Shown in pieces: positions 27,686-30,064 of a stretch of DNA of 30,064 nt. The position numbers were made by a program, and so were the translations under genes. Each line of letters starts with the position of its first letter. Position 1 is the first letter of the stretch. The notes beneath the pieces were generated by a model that saw nothing but the letters and a program-made list of their open reading frames with translations, was not told the DNA's origin and did no database searches. The DNA comes from Coleofasciculus chthonoplastes F2-STO-03 (lineage in GTDB: Bacteria; Cyanobacteriota; Cyanobacteriia; Cyanobacteriales; Coleofasciculaceae). Where the stretch lies: contig JAVJWO010000198.1 of the NCBI GenBank assembly GCA_040222015.1, forward strand, positions 1 to 30,064, given 5' to 3'.

Positions 27686-27755
27686 GGTTAGTGTGGGAGG
27701 ATGTCACATGGATAATTCTACAGCAAGCAGGCAGAAAGCTGAATAGAAAAAGCTT

Positions 27756-27779
27756 GTAGAGACGTGCCATGGCACGTCT
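27756..27779. repeat. GTAG-type palindrome
   Basis: GTAGAGACGTGCCATGGCACGTCT, with compensatory changes relative to the other copies. Confidence 0.75.
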
Positions 27780-27872
27780 GGGAGATGGGGGAGATTATGT
27801 AGGAGCTAACTTTCACTACTACCTTTTTGGTTACACCCAGATGTAACTCGCGCCCGCCCCGACTTGACGAAT

Positions 27873-27963
27873 CAGGACTTACGCAGCTACGCAAACTATC
27901 GTGGCAATGGTGCGTTACGCTACGCTAACACACCCTACATATAGAGCCTTTGCGTAAATCCTA
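27873..27963. mobile_element. 91-bp MITE with CAGGACTTACGCA-type terminal inverted repeats
   Basis: CAGGACTTACGCA...TGCGTAAATCCTA flanked by CGAAT direct repeats; internal GGTGCGTTACGCTACGCTAACACACCCTAC hairpin. Confidence 0.75.
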
Positions 27964-27996
27964 CGAATGACAAATTATTAAATTAGGAGAACTCCG

Positions 27997-29109
27997 ATGG
28001 TTCAATCAAATACCAACCCGTTCAATGAACAAGAGCAATCAACGGCATCCATATCCGCTGACGAAGGCGGAAACTATTCCTATTGTTCACTCCCTGAAGT
28101 AGCGCCGCGTGACTTGTCAGAGATTGTCGATCGCAATCGTGCCAATCTGATCCAATTCCTGGATAAAAAATGGGTAAACGGCACAATCTTACATTATTAT
28201 TTCTTCGATCAGCCAACAGAGTGGGCAACCACAGAGACTGAAAAAAATGTTGTGCGTCAAGCCTTTAACACCTGGAAACAGGTGGGAATGGGTCTCGAAT
28301 TTAAGGAAGTCAATTTACCAGATGAGGCAGAAATCCGGATTGGTTTCCTGCGTGGAGATGGCGCTTGGTCTTATGTTGGCAGAGATGTTCTCAATATCGG
28401 GCGGGATGAGCGAACCATGAATTTTGGTTGGGATTTAACCCGATTTCCGGGAGAAATTAACACCGCCATTCATGAGATTGGTCATACACTCGGACTTCCT
28501 CACGAGCACCAAAATCCTAATGCTGGAATTGTTTGGGACGAAGAAGCGGTTTACGCTTCACTCGCTGCACCTCCGAATAATTGGGATCGAGAAACCACCT
28601 ATTACAATATCATTCGCAAGATTAACCCGGATATGGTGCAAGGGTCAAAGTGGGACCCCAACTCAGTCATGCACTATCCCTTTGGCGCGGGTTTAATTAA
28701 AGAACCGCAACAGTATCAAAATGGGTTAACTCCAGAACCTGGATTATCGGAACGGGATACGACTTGGGTTAAGCAGTTTTACCCACCTTTAGACGAGAAA
28801 GATTACACCGAACTTAAACCCCTAGAATCGGTTCGCTTAACCATCGAACCCGGGGAACAGATGAATTTCCGGATCGAACCTAATGCGACGCGATCCTATA
28901 TGATTCGCACGTTTGGCGCATCAGACACGGTTATGGTGCTGTTTGAAGAGGTTGACGGTGAACTTCGTTATCTTACCGGAGATGACGATAGTGGCGAAGA
29001 CTACAATGCTGAGATTAAGGTCAGGTTATTTCGAGGGCGTCGATATGTATTACGTATCCGACTCTACTATAGCGATCGCGCGGGAGAAACAGCCGTAATG
29101 ATGTGGTAG
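27997..29109 (+). CDS. Astacin-like (M12A) zinc metallopeptidase with C-terminal PPC-like beta domain
   Basis: GAWSYVG, HEIGHTLGLPHEHQ zinc motif, SVMHY Met-turn, GDDDSG; AGGAG RBS. Confidence 0.9.
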   Translation: MVQSNTNPFNEQEQSTASISADEGGNYSYCSLPEVAPRDLSEIVDRNRANLIQFLDKKWVNGTILHYYFFDQPTEWATTETEKNVVRQAFNTWKQVGMGLEFKEVNLPDEAEIRIGFLRGDGAWSYVGRDVLNIGRDERTMNFGWDLTRFPGEINTAIHEIGHTLGLPHEHQNPNAGIVWDEEAVYASLAAPPNNWDRETTYYNIIRKINPDMVQGSKWDPNSVMHYPFGAGLIKEPQQYQNGLTPEPGLSERDTTWVKQFYPPLDEKDYTELKPLESVRLTIEPGEQMNFRIEPNATRSYMIRTFGASDTVMVLFEEVDGELRYLTGDDDSGEDYNAEIKVRLFRGRRYVLRIRLYYSDRAGETAVMMW

Positions 29110-29204
29110 ACTGTTCGGCATTTAGATTGGGATACCTACTAAGGAACTGGTGTTTAGACTAACCCATGATAAATGATGCCTGGGAACCTGAGAGCAAACT
29201 AGAT

Positions 29205-29283
29205 CAGGGCACGATAGTATCGTGCCCCTACTAAATTAATTATCCTTAAGCTGTGGTAGGGACACGGCATTGCCGTGTCCTAT
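29205..29283. repeat. Two REP-like palindromes
   Basis: GGGCACGATAGTATCGTGCCCCTAC and GTAGGGACACGGCATTGCCGTGTCC. Confidence 0.7.
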
Positions 29284-29402
29284 TATCACCATCGTAGTCT
29301 AAAATCCAGAAGGAAGCTAACAGGAAATAACCAATTTACATACGTTTTAACTTAAACCTTTCCCCCCACTATATTCGCTGGAATTGAGTGGGGGTTGCAC
29401 TA

Positions 29403-29471
29403 CAGCGTTTTCCACGCTGATGAGGTACATTTAGGGTAGGACTTTTGCTCTCAGAAGACTGAGAAATGCTG
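29403..29471. mobile_element. 69-bp MITE-like element bounded by TA
   Basis: TA|CAGCGTTTTC...TGAGGTAC...GAGAAATGCTG|TA imperfect terminal inverted repeats; coincides with the toxin breakpoint. Confidence 0.6.
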
Positions 29472-29532
29472 TATAGTCAGCAATAGCATTCAAATCCCGA
29501 CTCGCAGAAGGTGAAATCAGATAACGACTCAT
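29431..29532 (-). pseudogene. Truncated RelE/ParE family toxin (first 20 codons only)
   Basis: MSRYLISPSASRDLNAIADY is a typical ParE N-terminus directly after the antitoxin; it then reads into the MITE and stops at 29431. Confidence 0.75.
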
Positions 29533-29549
29533 TCTATCTCTTGACGCGC

Positions 29550-29795
29550 TTATTTAAATCTCTCTAAAATCACCGCGACAACAGTGTCCCCATCTAATCC
29601 TTCCCCTCGATCAAGTTCTGCAATCCCTACATCAATTTTATTCCGCGTTTCCTCTATCCATTGTTCATACTCACCCTGAAGCTTTTTTAACAAGCGAAAA
29701 GCCATATCAATTACTTCCTCCTGATTGGCAAATCTTCCACTTACCACTTGAGATTGAATAAATTCTTCATGTTCCGGTTTTAAACTAATATTCAT
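29550..29795 (-). CDS. ParD-like ribbon-helix-helix antitoxin (CC2985 family)
   Basis: MNISLKPEHEEFIQSQVVSGRFANQEEVIDMAFRLL...IDVGIAELDRGEGLDG; ATG 29795 has an AGGAG RBS. Confidence 0.88.
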   Translation of the reverse strand: MNISLKPEHEEFIQSQVVSGRFANQEEVIDMAFRLLKKLQGEYEQWIEETRNKIDVGIAELDRGEGLDGDTVVAVILERFK

Positions 29796-29894
29796 GGTTT
29801 CTCCTACAATTTCAATAACTACGCTACATTCTCTGCAATCTTCTCTTCCAACTCCCACGCCTGATTGTAAACCTCCTGAATTTACCCACACTCA

Positions 29895-30064
29895 ACACCC
29901 CACACCCTACACCCCACACCCTACACCCCACACCCTACACCCCACACCCCACACCCCACACCCCACACCCCACACCCTACACCCCACACCCTACACCCCA
30001 CACCCTACACCCCACACCCTACACCCCACACCCCACACCCCACACCCCACACCCTACACCCCAC
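29895..30064. repeat. Heptamer tandem array (ACACCCY)n, about 24 units, running off the right edge
   Basis: Mixed ACACCCC and ACACCCT units read directly from the sequence. Confidence 0.95.

Larger units (their letters stand above)
26151..27707 (+). mobile_element. IS200/IS605-family element, tnpB only (IS1341-like)
   Basis: Left hairpin GGCGA..CTCACGCCA-loop-TGGCGTTGAG..TCGCC just after TTGAT; right hairpin GAAG-CCCACACTA-loop-TAGTGTGGG ending in TCAC; no tnpA. Confidence 0.8.

Noticed and set aside
29796..29891. N-terminal extension of the 113-aa antitoxin ORF
   Set aside because: Family homology and the AGGAG RBS indicate a start at ATG 29795.
29895..30064. CRISPR array or telomere
   Set aside because: Simple 7-bp tandem repeat without spacers, in a bacterial context.

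Overview
Cyanobacterial DNA (many GCGATCGC HIP1 octamers, heptamer tandem repeats and GTAG-type palindromes; probably a filamentous oscillatorialean, which is inference). About 1-20.3 kb is the flank of a non-ribosomal peptide gene cluster. It holds a C-A-T NRPS running off the left edge (absent from the ORF track), a SyrD/PvdE-type exporter, sbnB/sbnA (L-2,3-diaminopropionate supply), a proline-4-hydroxylase-like dioxygenase, a cysteate synthase, a GT-C membrane glycosyltransferase, MbtH, a type II thioesterase, a GH13 enzyme, a GT2-GtrA fusion, a second GT-A-like protein, an FkbM methyltransferase and a disrupted MFS transporter fused to four EF-hands. Together these suggest an undescribed sulfonated, hydroxyproline/Dap-containing glycopeptide with a hassallidin-like tailoring cassette. 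The right third holds DUF2267, an LMCA1-like P-type ATPase, a PfkB kinase, a tnpB-only IS200/IS605 element, an astacin-like protease, a decayed ParDE module, several MITEs and a terminal heptamer array.
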